DNA of 64,000 nucleotides from a virus. Its lineage: Duplodnaviria > Caudoviricetes. A program made the position numbers and the translations under genes. Each line of letters begins with the position of its first letter. Position 1 is the stretch's first letter. The notes beneath the pieces are model-generated. The model was not told where the DNA came from. It did not search any database and saw only the letters and a list, made by a program, of their open reading frames with translations. Location of the stretch: positions 1 to 64,000 of IMG/VR virus record IMGVR_UViG_3300031953_000004; one strand, 5' to 3'. Of this stretch, positions 37,801 through 50,400 are shown piece by piece.

Positions 37801-38454
37801 GACGTGGCAAACCACTCGATAGACTATCAGGAAGCCTTAAAGCGCAGATCGGATGGAGAAGACCTTGCACAAGCTGGATTTGCACAGATGATCAATGGTC
37901 TTAAATACCAGAAGGAGAATGGACCGGGGAGTATCAACCATATGAAGAAGTCGTGGTTGGAACAGGAGATGTTCGGCTTTGCGATAGATGCCAAACCAGA
38001 TGCCCCGAACAGCCAGGAATCTTATCATAAGAGAAAAGCAGAGTTCAAAGAATATTCCGGACTTCAATTGCAAGCCCTTGAAAAGAAAGCTGCCTTGAAT
38101 CCTCAACAACAAGAGATGGCCAAGGAATTTATTTCCCAAGGAGGTTCCGAGAAAGATCAGGCAAATCTTATCAATTATCTATATGACAATCCTCAGAAGA
38201 TCAAGATGGATGTCACCAAGTTCCCTGAGGCCAAAGAGCGACAGGATTTCGGATTGATGTTCTCGGATGCTGATAAAGCCCTTCCGGAGATGAGCAAGCC
38301 TGAGAAGATAGAATCCCCCGCTATTCAAGAGCTTCAAGCTTTTACAAAAAGGAATACAATGCCCGGGAGAGCTGCGGCAGAGAATGTATCGAGCCTTGAA
38401 CCAATGGGATTAGCGGGATTTGGGGATGAAAAAAAAAATCCCAACCTGATATGA
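34822..38454 (+). CDS. Ejection protein with two lysozyme/transglycosylase-like domains
   Basis: IEASAKKHNLDPAFLASGLFTEG and ALGQHES..QYDAQNP.STAAGKYQF; helical C-terminal half. Confidence 0.7.
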   Translation: MANKKPGPGKDLTRAEWKKRYGSDTQYYTHLLNRVDLTTGKTIRSLIEASAKKHNLDPAFLASGLFTEGLDRYNVLADKYGSTKDDYYEYPISGMKHLGLDTVGNIKNDLFRKGYVDPKEYKENVREWKTENEKDNVISGDFKRLDIAIDYVAAFQRNENDNIDKYLKENDIELTPIQKTFFQNVAYNFGPGGVQQMIKSYNDKGFLKDNKFIYEKPNEFFKEPYTNAYKRTTAGIGLKEQAGFSENEVVGNPYSSTKNAEVVSSIEAQGLQGIEAVKAVDKHRESVLAANKLDPEGLVPREADKLTAAGIERAPKVKQKPMEFTPTGLVSTKATPVVATNTNIPLKEVSRTKTKSASTLKSTGVMAKKTKPTPSELALKEQFVTNMQKALGQHESNNQYDAQNPTSTAAGKYQFTEMWLSKDGKAAEKSIQAFAERNGMPIPQSLDEFKTMPGLQDSYFKYYAKEVLYPKAMEAVSSLNPKGITMEQAGALVHLRGEAKAIKEISTGNFSKATEVGVDGAKHKNPSSISYMNSIATKVGQPITPEQLTAVQIDAMPQAEKDKISKDYFTAKDRIINYEDLDDVDKNRQIAQLNSEYKSKGYLPIVNDHITKRNEGNAVKAKAQDDKIKAGVAEYQKWGEKSRVGHIGKGLSSTGSITLGGPAEAKEFKAWAKANGVKVSGGTNFIYNFNPQEFGKAGIKAVTGKDSFSPEQLKIIEGKAGDQDGAVISNTASKDFFSENNFRKIAGWFTGEKAGVSGPMGLVPEAVAYTQNLNSYTEIDTLDGEQIADLPTEEKAPLKEEPVKATTKTTDTDGTDAAKTSGLAKEGESLLDQWGKNVREDLARKKAEGEGKSYNKEDFKKEIPFDAITGMALGLNGLEQARDTKIPKRTEEVTEAYRNFAAQLAKKSKEGLPPSVEAAMKAQLAEGLQGGLANIVNASGGNRALVLGNLGGLEKSKAQGIVDMQLADYEAKEQAFKQYGEALKYQNDFKARKDVANHSIDYQEALKRRSDGEDLAQAGFAQMINGLKYQKENGPGSINHMKKSWLEQEMFGFAIDAKPDAPNSQESYHKRKAEFKEYSGLQLQALEKKAALNPQQQEMAKEFISQGGSEKDQANLINYLYDNPQKIKMDVTKFPEAKERQDFGLMFSDADKALPEMSKPEKIESPAIQELQAFTKRNTMPGRAAAENVSSLEPMGLAGFGDEKKNPNLI

Positions 38455-39278
38455 ATTTAGGTCAACAAGCCGCAAGAACAATGGGGGCAGAAGGTTTAAC
38501 TTCGTTTAATACAGATCCTCAAATAAAGAAGAATATGAGCATTGATGAAATTTATAATTCTAAAGATGAGAACGGAGTGTACAACACTCCTGAAAATTTG
38601 GATTATGAAAAAGATTGGACCAAAAACTGGTATAATGACCCCAAGACAAAAGAAAGGCTTGTTAAAAATGTCGGTATGGTTGAAGATGATTCAATGCTTA
38701 CAAAAGGATTAAATACGCTTATAAGGCCATTGCTTAGTGAAGATGGAAGACGAGAAGATATTGCCAGTACATACCAGCAAGAAGCTGTAAATAAAATTGA
38801 CAAAACAAGGGCTTTATATGGATTAAATGTCACTGAGGCTTACTCTAATTCATCTGATCTATATCAACAACAGCGAAAAATCACTGGACTTGGACTAGAT
38901 CCAGAAAATAACATGGGGATGTGGGATCCATCTAACGATGTTATTTCTGTCAATGAGAAATATGGTGAAGATGAAGCTCGGGTTACGGCAGTTCACGAAT
39001 ACACGCATGCAACCGGTTTAGATTCTCTTATGACACCTATGGTTCCGGATAGTAAATTCCAAAGCAAAAGGGAGGTATATCCAAGGATAATGCAGATGAG
39101 GTATTTAGGAGGTTTGAAACCAGGAGAAAAAGTAACCCCTGAAAAATTATTGGAAATTAAAATGAAATCTAATAATGAAGAGGAATTTTTTAGAAGTTTC
39201 TCAAATGAACAGATAATAGAAATGATGAATACTATGGCCAGCAATAATAACTCAAATTCCTCTAAAGGACTTGTTTAA
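38451..39278 (+). CDS. Zincin-like protein in the ejection module (possibly a frameshift extension of the upstream gene)
   Basis: TAVHEYTHA ... KREVYPRIMQMR; its -1 frame is open back to the A10 tract at 38429. Confidence 0.7.
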   Translation: MNLGQQAARTMGAEGLTSFNTDPQIKKNMSIDEIYNSKDENGVYNTPENLDYEKDWTKNWYNDPKTKERLVKNVGMVEDDSMLTKGLNTLIRPLLSEDGRREDIASTYQQEAVNKIDKTRALYGLNVTEAYSNSSDLYQQQRKITGLGLDPENNMGMWDPSNDVISVNEKYGEDEARVTAVHEYTHATGLDSLMTPMVPDSKFQSKREVYPRIMQMRYLGGLKPGEKVTPEKLLEIKMKSNNEEEFFRSFSNEQIIEMMNTMASNNNSNSSKGLV

Positions 39279-39289
39279 CTTTACATACT

Positions 39290-41389
39290 ATGAGTAACCC
39301 CCTAATTGGATTAACAGGAAGCGTCAACGACAGAGATCAGGCGTATCGTGATATTGCACAGACCGAGAGCCTGTACGGTATGATGGAACAAAAGAAGCAG
39401 GCAGAGATGCAGTCTCAACAAATGGAAGCAGCAGCTTTCGATGAGATGTATAAAAGTACTGATCAGCTTTTGGAGAAAGACCGCAAGCGAATCAACAAGA
39501 AGATCTTGTTATCCCAAAATCAGCTCCGTGACCAAATAGGGGAAGCTGGTGGTTCCCGAAAAGACTTCTTTGAGAAAGGAGGTATTTCCGCATTGAACAA
39601 TATCAAGAACAGCATCATTCGCTCCGATGAGAATATCCGGTACCAGGAGAATAAGAAAAACCTGACCAATATCCGGTTAGCGGAGAAGGATGGACTTGGT
39701 GCTCGATTGATACCAAAGGACAGGCAATCGGTGGAGGACTACTACAACAATCCCGATGGTGCTACCATTACCTATTCAGGAATGATGAGCGATGTGGAGA
39801 TACCACCTTCCAATGCTTTCAATGTCGGTACTCAAATACATCCTGAATATGTCGCTTCTTATAAAGGGAATATGACCAAGATATTGGGAAACTATCAAAT
39901 GATGTATCCAGAAAGGATAGTTCCTGACCCCCTCACAAGGGATGGACTGGACGTAATAAATAGATATGTCACACAGATGGGATGGGGTGGAGTAGGAACA
40001 AGAGAACCTAGAGTTCCAAAAACTACTACAGGAAGCACTACGGATAAGAGAACTGCTGCACAAAGGGATATGGAAGACAAGGTTACTTATAACAATAACT
40101 ATCGTACCTGGATCAGCGACACTGGACAGCAGAGTGTGGATGATGTTGTAAGTGCCGAGAAAGAAGGTGGCTTTATCGGGAAACGTAAAAAAGGAGATGC
40201 TGAGAACGGAATCCCTTCCGATAAAATGACCACTGCAATGGCTCGTAAGAAAAGCGATCTTATTGTAGAAGACAACGGACTAAATAAAGATGGTTTTGAA
40301 GCAATCGACCTTGTTCTATGGCCTTGGGTAAGGGATGCTTGGTCTGATATAGCTGATAGCCAAGTACAACTGAAAGATAGTTATAATGTTTATGAAGCCA
40401 ATACGGGAGCTGTTGTAAAAGCAGTCCTCAGCAGTGAAGAAGAAAATGGTTTTGGATATAAAATGGACGGTAGATATGTCCTTGATTATGAACCAAAAGG
40501 AGATGTATATACTTCCAGAGGAATCAGGGTAGGAAGTACCAAGCTGGACGATGAATACAAAGGGAAGTATGAAGTACTTGGAGTTAAGACTGCTTGGGAA
40601 ATGACTGCCGGAGATGGGAATGATCCAGACAAGTCTGCTTTAATGATAAACGTTATGCAAGGCGGAGGTATTAGGGGAACTGATGGAACCGTAGATCAAA
40701 AGGCTACTGATAAGATAGATGCTGGTTACAAAGGAGATAATCCTGGTGGAACAGCGAAACTTGCTACGGTGATTGCTTTGAAGAATGAAAATGGAGATAC
40801 GTTCTACCACAAAATAGATCTTGATGATGATGCTTTAAACACCAAGCTTTCTGGTATGATGGCAGAGAACAATGATCTTACTGAAACGGTGCAACTTGAC
40901 AGAACCACTCAGGAAAGACAACAAGCTGCATCCAAAATGAACCAACAAGAACGGGTGGCCCTTGAAACAGGCAAGAAAGAAACAGCAGAGATCTTTGCCG
41001 GACAAGAAAGCGATTTCGGTTTTGAGATGGAAGGATATCAGGGAGCAAACAGCGGAGGTCAGAAAAACAGGGATAAGCTGGCGAAGTCATTCTATCTTGC
41101 CAATGATTATGCCCAACGGGAATTAGAGGATCCTGAACAAGACCCTAAAAATTGGTATGTAGATAAAAATGACGTGGCTTCTGATGTAAAATCCAAAGGA
41201 TTTACAGAAGAAGTTGGCAAAGCTCAGGGAATGAACGAAAAACTTCATGACTATGAGAACTACAACAATGAGCAACTTGTTCAAGCGTGGTACGAAGAGG
41301 TTCAGGCAGGTCTTGAACCAGAATCACAGGAATACAGGGTCAATAAGCATATAGCAGACAGATGGAAACAGTTCCTTCAAAATTATTAA
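39290..41389 (+). CDS. Ejection protein
   Basis: 699 aa, helical Q/E-rich N-terminus, between ejection genes and RNAP. Confidence 0.65.
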   Translation: MSNPLIGLTGSVNDRDQAYRDIAQTESLYGMMEQKKQAEMQSQQMEAAAFDEMYKSTDQLLEKDRKRINKKILLSQNQLRDQIGEAGGSRKDFFEKGGISALNNIKNSIIRSDENIRYQENKKNLTNIRLAEKDGLGARLIPKDRQSVEDYYNNPDGATITYSGMMSDVEIPPSNAFNVGTQIHPEYVASYKGNMTKILGNYQMMYPERIVPDPLTRDGLDVINRYVTQMGWGGVGTREPRVPKTTTGSTTDKRTAAQRDMEDKVTYNNNYRTWISDTGQQSVDDVVSAEKEGGFIGKRKKGDAENGIPSDKMTTAMARKKSDLIVEDNGLNKDGFEAIDLVLWPWVRDAWSDIADSQVQLKDSYNVYEANTGAVVKAVLSSEEENGFGYKMDGRYVLDYEPKGDVYTSRGIRVGSTKLDDEYKGKYEVLGVKTAWEMTAGDGNDPDKSALMINVMQGGGIRGTDGTVDQKATDKIDAGYKGDNPGGTAKLATVIALKNENGDTFYHKIDLDDDALNTKLSGMMAENNDLTETVQLDRTTQERQQAASKMNQQERVALETGKKETAEIFAGQESDFGFEMEGYQGANSGGQKNRDKLAKSFYLANDYAQRELEDPEQDPKNWYVDKNDVASDVKSKGFTEEVGKAQGMNEKLHDYENYNNEQLVQAWYEEVQAGLEPESQEYRVNKHIADRWKQFLQNY

Positions 41390-41411
41390 TCATACTATAT
41401 CCCAACCAATT

Positions 41412-44400
41412 ATGTCAAATATATTAGATCGTCGTAAAGCAAGAATCAAAGGAGAAGAAGAACCACAACAAATCCCGGAAGGACAGCCTGATCAATTTGA
41501 GGCTATAAGCCAGGGACGTACCCCCGACTACGGGGATATGGATCCTGAGAAGAAACGTAAAGCTGCTGAGGAAGCCCAGAACCCTTCACGTATTGATACG
41601 CCTTTGAATGTTCCACAAGGACAGGAGCAGGAACAGGCAGCACAGCGTAATATGGTTGCCGGTCAACAAGTAGGTGGAATGGGTGTTGAGAACTCCCGAG
41701 ATGTACAGGGCGATCCTACCTCGTGGTCACCTGAATACACTATGCGGAGTTTTGCTGATGAAACAGCCAACAGTTTCCTATATGGTGCTTTTGGACAGGT
41801 CGTTCATGATGTGGGAGGTATAGCACAGCTTTTAGGGGCAGCGATTCCCGGTTCTGCTATGGGAACTCTCAAAGATGGGAATTGGATTTCTAATACATTG
41901 CAAGAGATAGGTCAGGATAATATGGATGATTACCAAGCATATATCCCGGAGGAATTAAAAAATGGAAAATTTGGTTGGGCAGATGTTATTAATCCTAAAT
42001 TCTATTCCGTTGATATCGCCCGTCAGATACCAGGAATGATTGCTTATATCAAAGCGGCTAAATACGCTGGAGGTATATCCAGAGGGATATTAGGGCAGAT
42101 AGCAAAAAGAACCCCAGGCACTATTCTTGGAGGTACAAGAACAGCTACTGCTATGGGCAAAGAAGTCTATGGTTCTGGTGCTGGCCTGTTAGGGAAGCTT
42201 GCTACCGATACAGGTCTTACAGGAGCAGGGGAAACCGTAGCCGGTATCTTAGGAGCTGGTTTAGCTTCAAATCTTATAGCGGGTATGTTACAAGCATCGC
42301 AGCTTGTCAATGAACATAAGAACGATAAAATAGGAGATACCGATGAGCTGATGTTCAACGAGGATGAACTCGGGGAAATGGCATCCAATACAATGAAGAA
42401 CAACGCTGCTTATCTGGCAGTTGATATGTTATCGTGGGGAATCACCTACGGGGGAGTAGGAAAGCTGCTTAAAGGTAAGAACGCCCTTAGGGGTGGTAGG
42501 ATGTACAACAAGGCAGAACGTCTTGGTATCTCAGGAAAAATGGCACGTATGGAGCTTGCCCCGTTGTTAAAGAAAACACTTATCGGAAGTAAAAATTTTG
42601 CAGGAAAAACAGCATTTGAAGGTTTGGAAGAATCTGTACAGGAAACTTGGGAGGAATGGGCATCACAGAAAGCGTATGCAGAAGCTACCGGGGATCCGGA
42701 GAAGCTACTGGATCCACAAGGGTTTTATGATTACTATACCTCACCAGGGAACAGGAAAACGATTGCTGTTTCTGCTATTCTGGGTGGTGTTGGTGCCAAC
42801 CTAATGGGTGGAACCGGGTCAAGTGCCTTGTTGAACAAGAAAGCGGAAGAACACTATCAACTGCATAACAGGAAAGAAAACCTATCCACGATAATGCAAC
42901 ACGCTACCGAAGCGGAAAAGACGTGGACAGCGTTCCACAGAAGAGATCAGCTTACTGATATTGCTATTGATGATAACATACCGGCTGAACGAAAACAGGA
43001 ATTGTTTGATGGGTTCCTTGAAAAACAAATCAAGGAAGGTACCATCGATGAAAAACAGGTGGCACAGCTTGAAGAGATGTTTACTCAGGCTATCGATATC
43101 AAAGAAAAAGGAGAAGCATTAAACATCAAAGGCCTTAGGGCATTGGTGCAATCAAACAGCGATGTGGCGTACTTCGATGATCTAATGATCCAGTATAAGG
43201 AGGAAGCTGCCAAACAAACGGCTATCATCAGCGAGGCTGCTGCGGAAACAGGAGCAAATGTAGTACCACGTCTTGAAGGAATCCAAAAGAAGCTTGACGA
43301 GAACTTAAGGAATGCTGCTGCTTTAAAAGCTTATTCCATAGAGCAACGTACCAACCTATTGCTTGGTAAGAAAGCTAATCCATTAAAATTAAAAGTGGAG
43401 AAGGATGAGTATGGCAACGAGATCGTAACCGGGGGATTGTCCACACAAGACTACAATCAATTTACCAAAGATGGTGAGGTCAAACCGGGGAGCAAGAACT
43501 TCGTAGACTTCAAGAGCCTTACAAAAAAAGGGAAAGAAGCTGTTGGAGGGATTGTCGATTTTTTTAAGTCAGGAAAGAAGGAAGAAACAACCGAAGACGG
43601 CAAGCCTAAGAAATCGGAAACCGATACTTTCTGGGATGGTGTTCCAGAGGTAGAAGTTACTAAGGAAGATTTTGAGAATTTCCAGAATTCAAAAGATGGG
43701 GAGATATCTGATGATATCCTGAAAAGCATTGCCAAGAAGATGTCCGGTAAATCCAAAAACAATACTATAAGTAAACAGGAACGGGATATATATAATGCCA
43801 AAAGTGCTGAGGTGGAGAACTTCATAAAAGAGTTCAAAGCCGCTGATGATACCGCTATTGCGAATGATGCTAAAAATTCCAAGGACAAGCCCAAAGACAA
43901 ACCTAAACCGCCTAAGGATGGAAAAGAACCCGGAAAGACTGAGGATGATGAAAACGAAGATGTGGATGATGATCCAGATCCAGAGAATTCAGACTCAGAG
44001 AACGCCTTTACCAAAGCAGAGCGAAATGCCAAAAGCATCTTCGGGAAGGTCAAGGGATTTGTAAAGGATTCTGTTTCCGGTGCAAGGAACGCTATCAATA
44101 ACCAGGGCCTTGATACTGATGTCGCAAAGGGAGAAGCCAAGAAGTACTTCAAGAAGATGTCGGACTTCTTTAAAGATACCAAAGGGATCCAATCGGGAAT
44201 GAAAGCCAAGGCACAGAAGATCCTGACTGATGTGAAAGCATTGTTGGATCAGGATGGAGAGTTGACCACGAAGGTCAAAGCACAGCTTAAAGCGAAGATG
44301 TCAGACTTATCGAACCTTGCTAACACGCAGATGAAATCGGAAACCCTGAGCGATCAGAAAGCCCGGGAGGATGAGGAAGGTTCTACAGATTATAAAGCAG

Positions 44401-47400
44401 ATAAGAATGCTATAAAGGATGCTGCCGATGAAGCCAAGGCAGAGGTTAAAGAGGATGCCCCTGTGGGCAAGGACGCCCGTGCTATGGACTTTATTAAGGG
44501 CAAGGTCAATCAGGTCAAGAACATACAGATGGTCCGGCAGAACCTCGCAGATGCAGCCTTCTTTAAGAACCTTCGCGAGCGTATCAAGAACTTTGACGGG
44601 GATAGCAAATCAACAGATGCCATCTCACAAAATGAGATAGACAACTACCTCAACAAAAGGAGCACGATCAACATCTATGGTCCTTCCGATGTCGATAAGA
44701 TGAGCGCGGTGAACCACGCACTTAAAAACATCTTTCCGGAAGTGGATGAGGTAGAACACAATGGAAAGAAAGCAGGTGCGCCAGTTCGTGCTTTGATAGC
44801 AAAGAACCTTTTTGATGTGGTCGGTTCGCAAGGACTTGGATATTCCCTTGCCTCTACGATCTTTATCGACAGTAAAGCCTGGGATCAAGATTGGGTATAT
44901 ATGCATGAGCTATCCCATATCTTCTTCAAGCTTGGGATGCAACAGTCTGAAACGAAACAGGCCGCAAGGGAGTATATGAAGAACCAACCACTGGTAGATC
45001 AGATCATGAAGACCTACCACGATATGGTTATTTACAACATCAAAGGCGAGGATGGGAAGCTTGCCCCTATGACCAAGAAGTCAGCGGTGGCAACTATTAT
45101 GAAAAGGGAGAATGTTCCTTCCAGTATCGCTTTACAAGCGTTCAACCACGAGGTAGAGAACAAGAACATCCTTCAAGCTCCAATGAACGAGCAAGGATAT
45201 ATCATCGAGGAAGTATTCACCCATTCCCTTCAAGGGCCTTTGTCCGAGAACTACGGGAAGATGTTCGACATCAAGAACGAACCGGTACGTCAGAAGTACA
45301 CCAAAAGCTGGTGGGGTGCTATCCGCACACGTTCAGAAGAGAACTACGGAGAAAGCAACGTCAAGCAATTATTGCGCACCTTGGATGGTCGAGAACCTCT
45401 TCCAGGGGAAACCCAAAAAGATTTTATCCTTGCTGCTTTTTCAGCGGTGGCTAAAGGTGCCGCATTGGATATTCAGGGAATGGATGCGAGGGTAACGGAG
45501 ATCGATATGGAATACGAAGCAGAAATTGAAGATATCAATGAACGAGTGAGAAAATCTTTTAAGCACGATATGGAGGCTATCTCTATGATGGATGAAAAGG
45601 AGCTTGCCGATATGTGGGAGGATGCGGAGATCGGTCTTGAAGAGAACGGGAACGCTTTCTTTAATACGGCTTACAACAAACACGCACAGAAGGCTACCAA
45701 GATGCTTCATAGGTTTGGGATCGTGTACCAGAAATCCCTAAGGCAATCCTTTGCCAAAAAGAATGTAGGCACAGAGAAGCCTGGGGATTGGAAGAAACGC
45801 CCGGAGTTTGACAGGGATCTTTTTGAATCCCACATCTTCGAGCTTGCAAAGGAAAATGATAGAAGTGCTTTTATTCGCCATATAGAAAACTCTGCTTTGG
45901 AAGAAGTACAGGCGTTCAACAGGTATATGGAGCACGTATATCCCGAAACCAAGATGCAGCTGCTGAACTCGATGTTTTATGTAATGAGCAATGCACGTCA
46001 TATCTCAGGGCTTACAACAGTCCTTACCAACAAGGGGGATATTGAGATGTATGATTCTATGAGCAATACAGAATCCGCACAATCACAAAATATACTTGAA
46101 AAGCTTGGAAAGAAATTCAAAGGGGATGCTGCTGACCTGGTGGAGATAGAACAGCTGAGGGCTGCGGTGAAGAGGATCTATGCAATGAAGGCTGAGGATG
46201 GAGATTTCGTAACGGTACTCCGGGCCTATAGTGGGCCGAGCATACGTGTAGGGAAGATACTCAACGAAGGTTCCCTGGTTTATAAAGGGAACAGGATGCC
46301 TATTGAATCGGTTATCACGGGATTGGTACGCCGTGGAGAATTCTTTTTTGAAACAAAAGGAGTAAAAAATCCTAATACGTTGAGCACCTATGGTGGGAAG
46401 TTTCTTGCGGAAGCGATCGTGAACACCAACAGGAAATTCACCCCTTATAGCACGATCAAGAATGCACAGGGGAATATGGAGTCTGTTCGTATCACCAATA
46501 ACAACATCACCAATGAGGTGGATGATATGATCGATTTCCTCTCAGGAAAAATGAAAGGGAAGAAGCCTACCAAGGAAGAGTTTTTGAAGCGCTACTCTCA
46601 CGAGAATTATAAGCTTCAATCAAAGAAGGGACCAAACCATAACCAGAACCACAACAGGCTACTGGAATTTATGTATGACAATTACCAGAAGGGTATTATG
46701 CCTACGGTATCTCAGGACCACGGTCTTCAGGATGATAAGAACGATAAGGGTTCCGTGTACAAGGGAAGTTCTGATGTAGAACAACGGATGAAAGACTTCC
46801 TAATGTTCGTCAAGAGCTCACGTAGTCCTGGAAGGAAAAACCCTAACAAGACCTATATCGGACAGATAGGGGCCTTTGCAGATTCCCCAAGGAAGTTCCT
46901 TATGAACATGCCACGTATCGCCTTTGAAGAAGTATTCAATCCCGATAGGAGTTTGAAGAATGATGGTAAGGTTCTGGGCAGCGTGTACAACTTGCACCAA
47001 CAGCTTTTTAACGATGATCTCTCCAAGAGTAGAAAGAAGTTCAACCAATCCCTCAGGGATGCTATAAACGCACAGGTGGCCTTTGTGAACGATAATGCGA
47101 AAGCGTTTGGAGACATCAAAACGATGCAAGACTATTTTGAGAATGGGAAGCTGACCAAGGAAGGTGAGAACCTGATCGCTGAATATGAAGTCAACAGTTC
47201 TATCAACGGGTATAATATCGTCGATGCCTTCTTACCGGGAGTGAAAGGAGATAGCGTAACCAAGCGATTGAAAATGAACGGTTCCCCGATCTATGGATTT
47301 AAGAACCCTAATTTAAAGATTGAATGGTTGTCCTTTGCCGATGAGATCATCAACGGTAGTATTGCCGGAACGGACTCAGGACAATATATCCTTGAAAAAC

Positions 47401-50400
47401 ACGCTATAAAAATTCAAAACGCAGGTAAAGGAGTCTTTGAGATCAAGGATGGTATCAAGATCCTCAACGGACATATTGAAAAGGACAATGCCGCTTTTAA
47501 AGGTAAGAGTGCCTACCTGAAAGGGTTCACTACGATCGTGGATGAAAACCACCCATTGTATCCTGCAATGAATATGAGGGTAGAGAAGTATGAGAAATGG
47601 TATGCAAAGCAACCGGGTAATGAAGGGAAACTTCCTTCCAATGACCTTGGGGATGGTTCCTTGAACCATATCCTTATTGCTTCTCCACAATCGGCAGATA
47701 AATCTGGTTTCTTTCCCAAGTTTCAGAAAGATACCGATGGAGTGGTGTCTTCTATTTCTGAGGTAAAAGTAAAATTCAGAGGGAAAGATTTTAACCTGGA
47801 CGGAGCGATGCTTCAACCGGAGGCGTTAAGGCTGAACCCTGAGTACATAAATGATCTGATGGATGCGATGTACTATACCGAAGGAGGAGAGTTTATAGGA
47901 ATCAGCTCACAGAACTTCGGACCTCAACAGGTAATGAACGGGATAGAGAACTATTCCGGTACACCGGTGCAGTTGGTGAATAATGTTCTTGTCGGTGCTG
48001 CTGCTTCTATTGGAGGTATGGATAAGGCTTTAGAAATACAAGATCTTATTTCTGAGCAGAAATGGGAGATGCTGAAAGGCACACTTAAAAAGCTTGAAAG
48101 CCACAACCCTGTGGCATACAAGAAACTGCTGCTCGATGGTTTAAATAAGGAGGATATGAACCAAGGACAAAGGATCCTGATTGAAGAAGGTGGCTCTATA
48201 GCTGCCCCTTACAATACAGAGATTTTGGTGAACCAACTTTCTAAGATGATCCGCAGGAAAGGGAACAAGTTGCAAACCCCAGGTTCTTTGTCACAACAGA
48301 AACCTGACATATCTTACAACGTTAAGAAAGGTGGAGTGTTTACAAGTAAAAAGCTAAAGAACTATCAAAGGAATGCTGATGGCACCAACAGTCCTATGGA
48401 GATGGTAGCCCCTAACAATATGGAAGGGAAGTATCATAAGCGAGAAGCATTGACTATTTATAATGCCAAGCACGCCATTGAAACCAGGATGAAAGGGTGG
48501 AGCAATAAAAAGCAAAGTCAGTCAGGGGAATACGATGAAATGAAAGCCCTAAAAGATGCTGCGATAGATATGGCTCGTAAACGATATGGAGTAAATGAGA
48601 AAGATGCTTTGAAACATATCGGTATCGAAAAGAACGATGCTGGTGTTCAGATAGGATGGCACGTGAAAGGGGATATTGTGATAGCCACAAGGGTTCCTTC
48701 AAGCAAGCCTGGTGATACAGGTGTCTTTGAAATCATAGATTTTGACCAGAATAAAAAAGCGAACCAAGTAGTGGTTCCATTAGAGTTTAACGAATATACC
48801 GGTGGAGATTTTGATGGGGATTCGTTGTTTATTCAGGCGAAAGGAAAAGGTGATCAGGCTAAGACCTATGCCAAATGGAATCAGGCAATGGACAAGATTA
48901 TTGACCTGTGGCTCTCTGCGGATATGAACGATCAGATCAAGGCGAAGATGGTATTTGAGAAGGAAACACAAGCGATCATAGATAAGATCGAGATTGACTT
49001 CCCTAAGGCCACCCGGAAACCTTTTCCGTTCTCTTCGGAGTACAGGGCTAAAGAGTATAATAACACTATGGTTTCCAAGCGGTCTGTAGGGATCGTATTC
49101 AATATCCACAAGATCGCCAATATGCTGGCTGCTTATGAGATCCCTATGAAGACAGGGAAGTCCGTGAAAATCGGTGGAAGGGAGTTTCAGAAATTTCAGG
49201 ATATTGAAAAAGGAGAAGCTTCAAGGAACCACCGTTCCGCTATCCTTGCCAACATTATCCTGGATAACGCTGCGCACGGTTTTGCGGATTCTTTAGGATT
49301 GAACGAGCATAATATATCCTTTGCTTCGGTACTGGTGAATATGGGCGTTTCTCTGGAAGATATGGGAAGGTTATTGAACTCGGAAGCTGCACAGCTTTGG
49401 GCGAAGCATAACCGGTATAACAAGAGTTTATTCCACGAGACGACTTCAAGGGAGAAGATCGTAAAGGCTATTTACGATGAGCTTGGTGTAACCGACAGGC
49501 CCTCTGCGGATAAGATCAACGTGAACCCTAAGAACGCCAAGGAACGTTCTGAACAGGCGAATATCGTTGCTTTGTTCGAGATGCTATCCGATATTAACTC
49601 GGAGATACAATCCGTTTCAGGAATGATGAGTGGTCATAATAAGATCCACGTCAACCCCTTGGTGCTGAACGACCAGTTGGAGAAGTATGAGAAAGCAATC
49701 AGGAACAATAATGATAACCAGGTGCTGAACTTCTCTCCGGAATTCAGGAACAATCCTGACCTGAAGAACTATGAGCGTGTAGCAAGGGCGACCTTGGAAC
49801 ATACACAAGTGCTTCATCCTGTTTACAGGGATGCCACCAATGAGATGCTTGCAGACTTCCAGAAGCAGATAGGTGGTGATCTTTCGGAATCGCAGATAGA
49901 GGAGATCTCCCGCGATATCCTTTCGTGGAACGCTTCAAGATTATTGGGATATAACAATACCAATAAACAAGAGCTTGCCGATATTATGAGTACCGATGTG
50001 AACAACAAGAAATCGGTATTCTATAAACTCGGATTGTATATGGACCAGATGAACAAGCTTGATTTTGACAAGAGCTTATTACTAACCAAGGCTCTTAAAG
50101 TGAACCTCAACCACAAGTATGAAAAAGGAATGGGGATATGGGCCAATGCCGATATGGTCAACGAGAGTTTCAATCCGGTGGAAAGGGCACAGGTACAAAG
50201 GGAATTTGATGAGATGCCTATCGACCTGCAGAAAGCCCTGATTGTTTACGATTTGGCTCAACGTGGATGGAAGGGGTATAATTCCATCGTGCCTTTCTTT
50301 GGGAAGGAAACTATTGCAGATATCAACCTCGCTTCCGACCTGGATTTGGTATCCAAGAACAGCACCCCGATTCCAACCAATGTAATCAAGGAGTTGAAAG

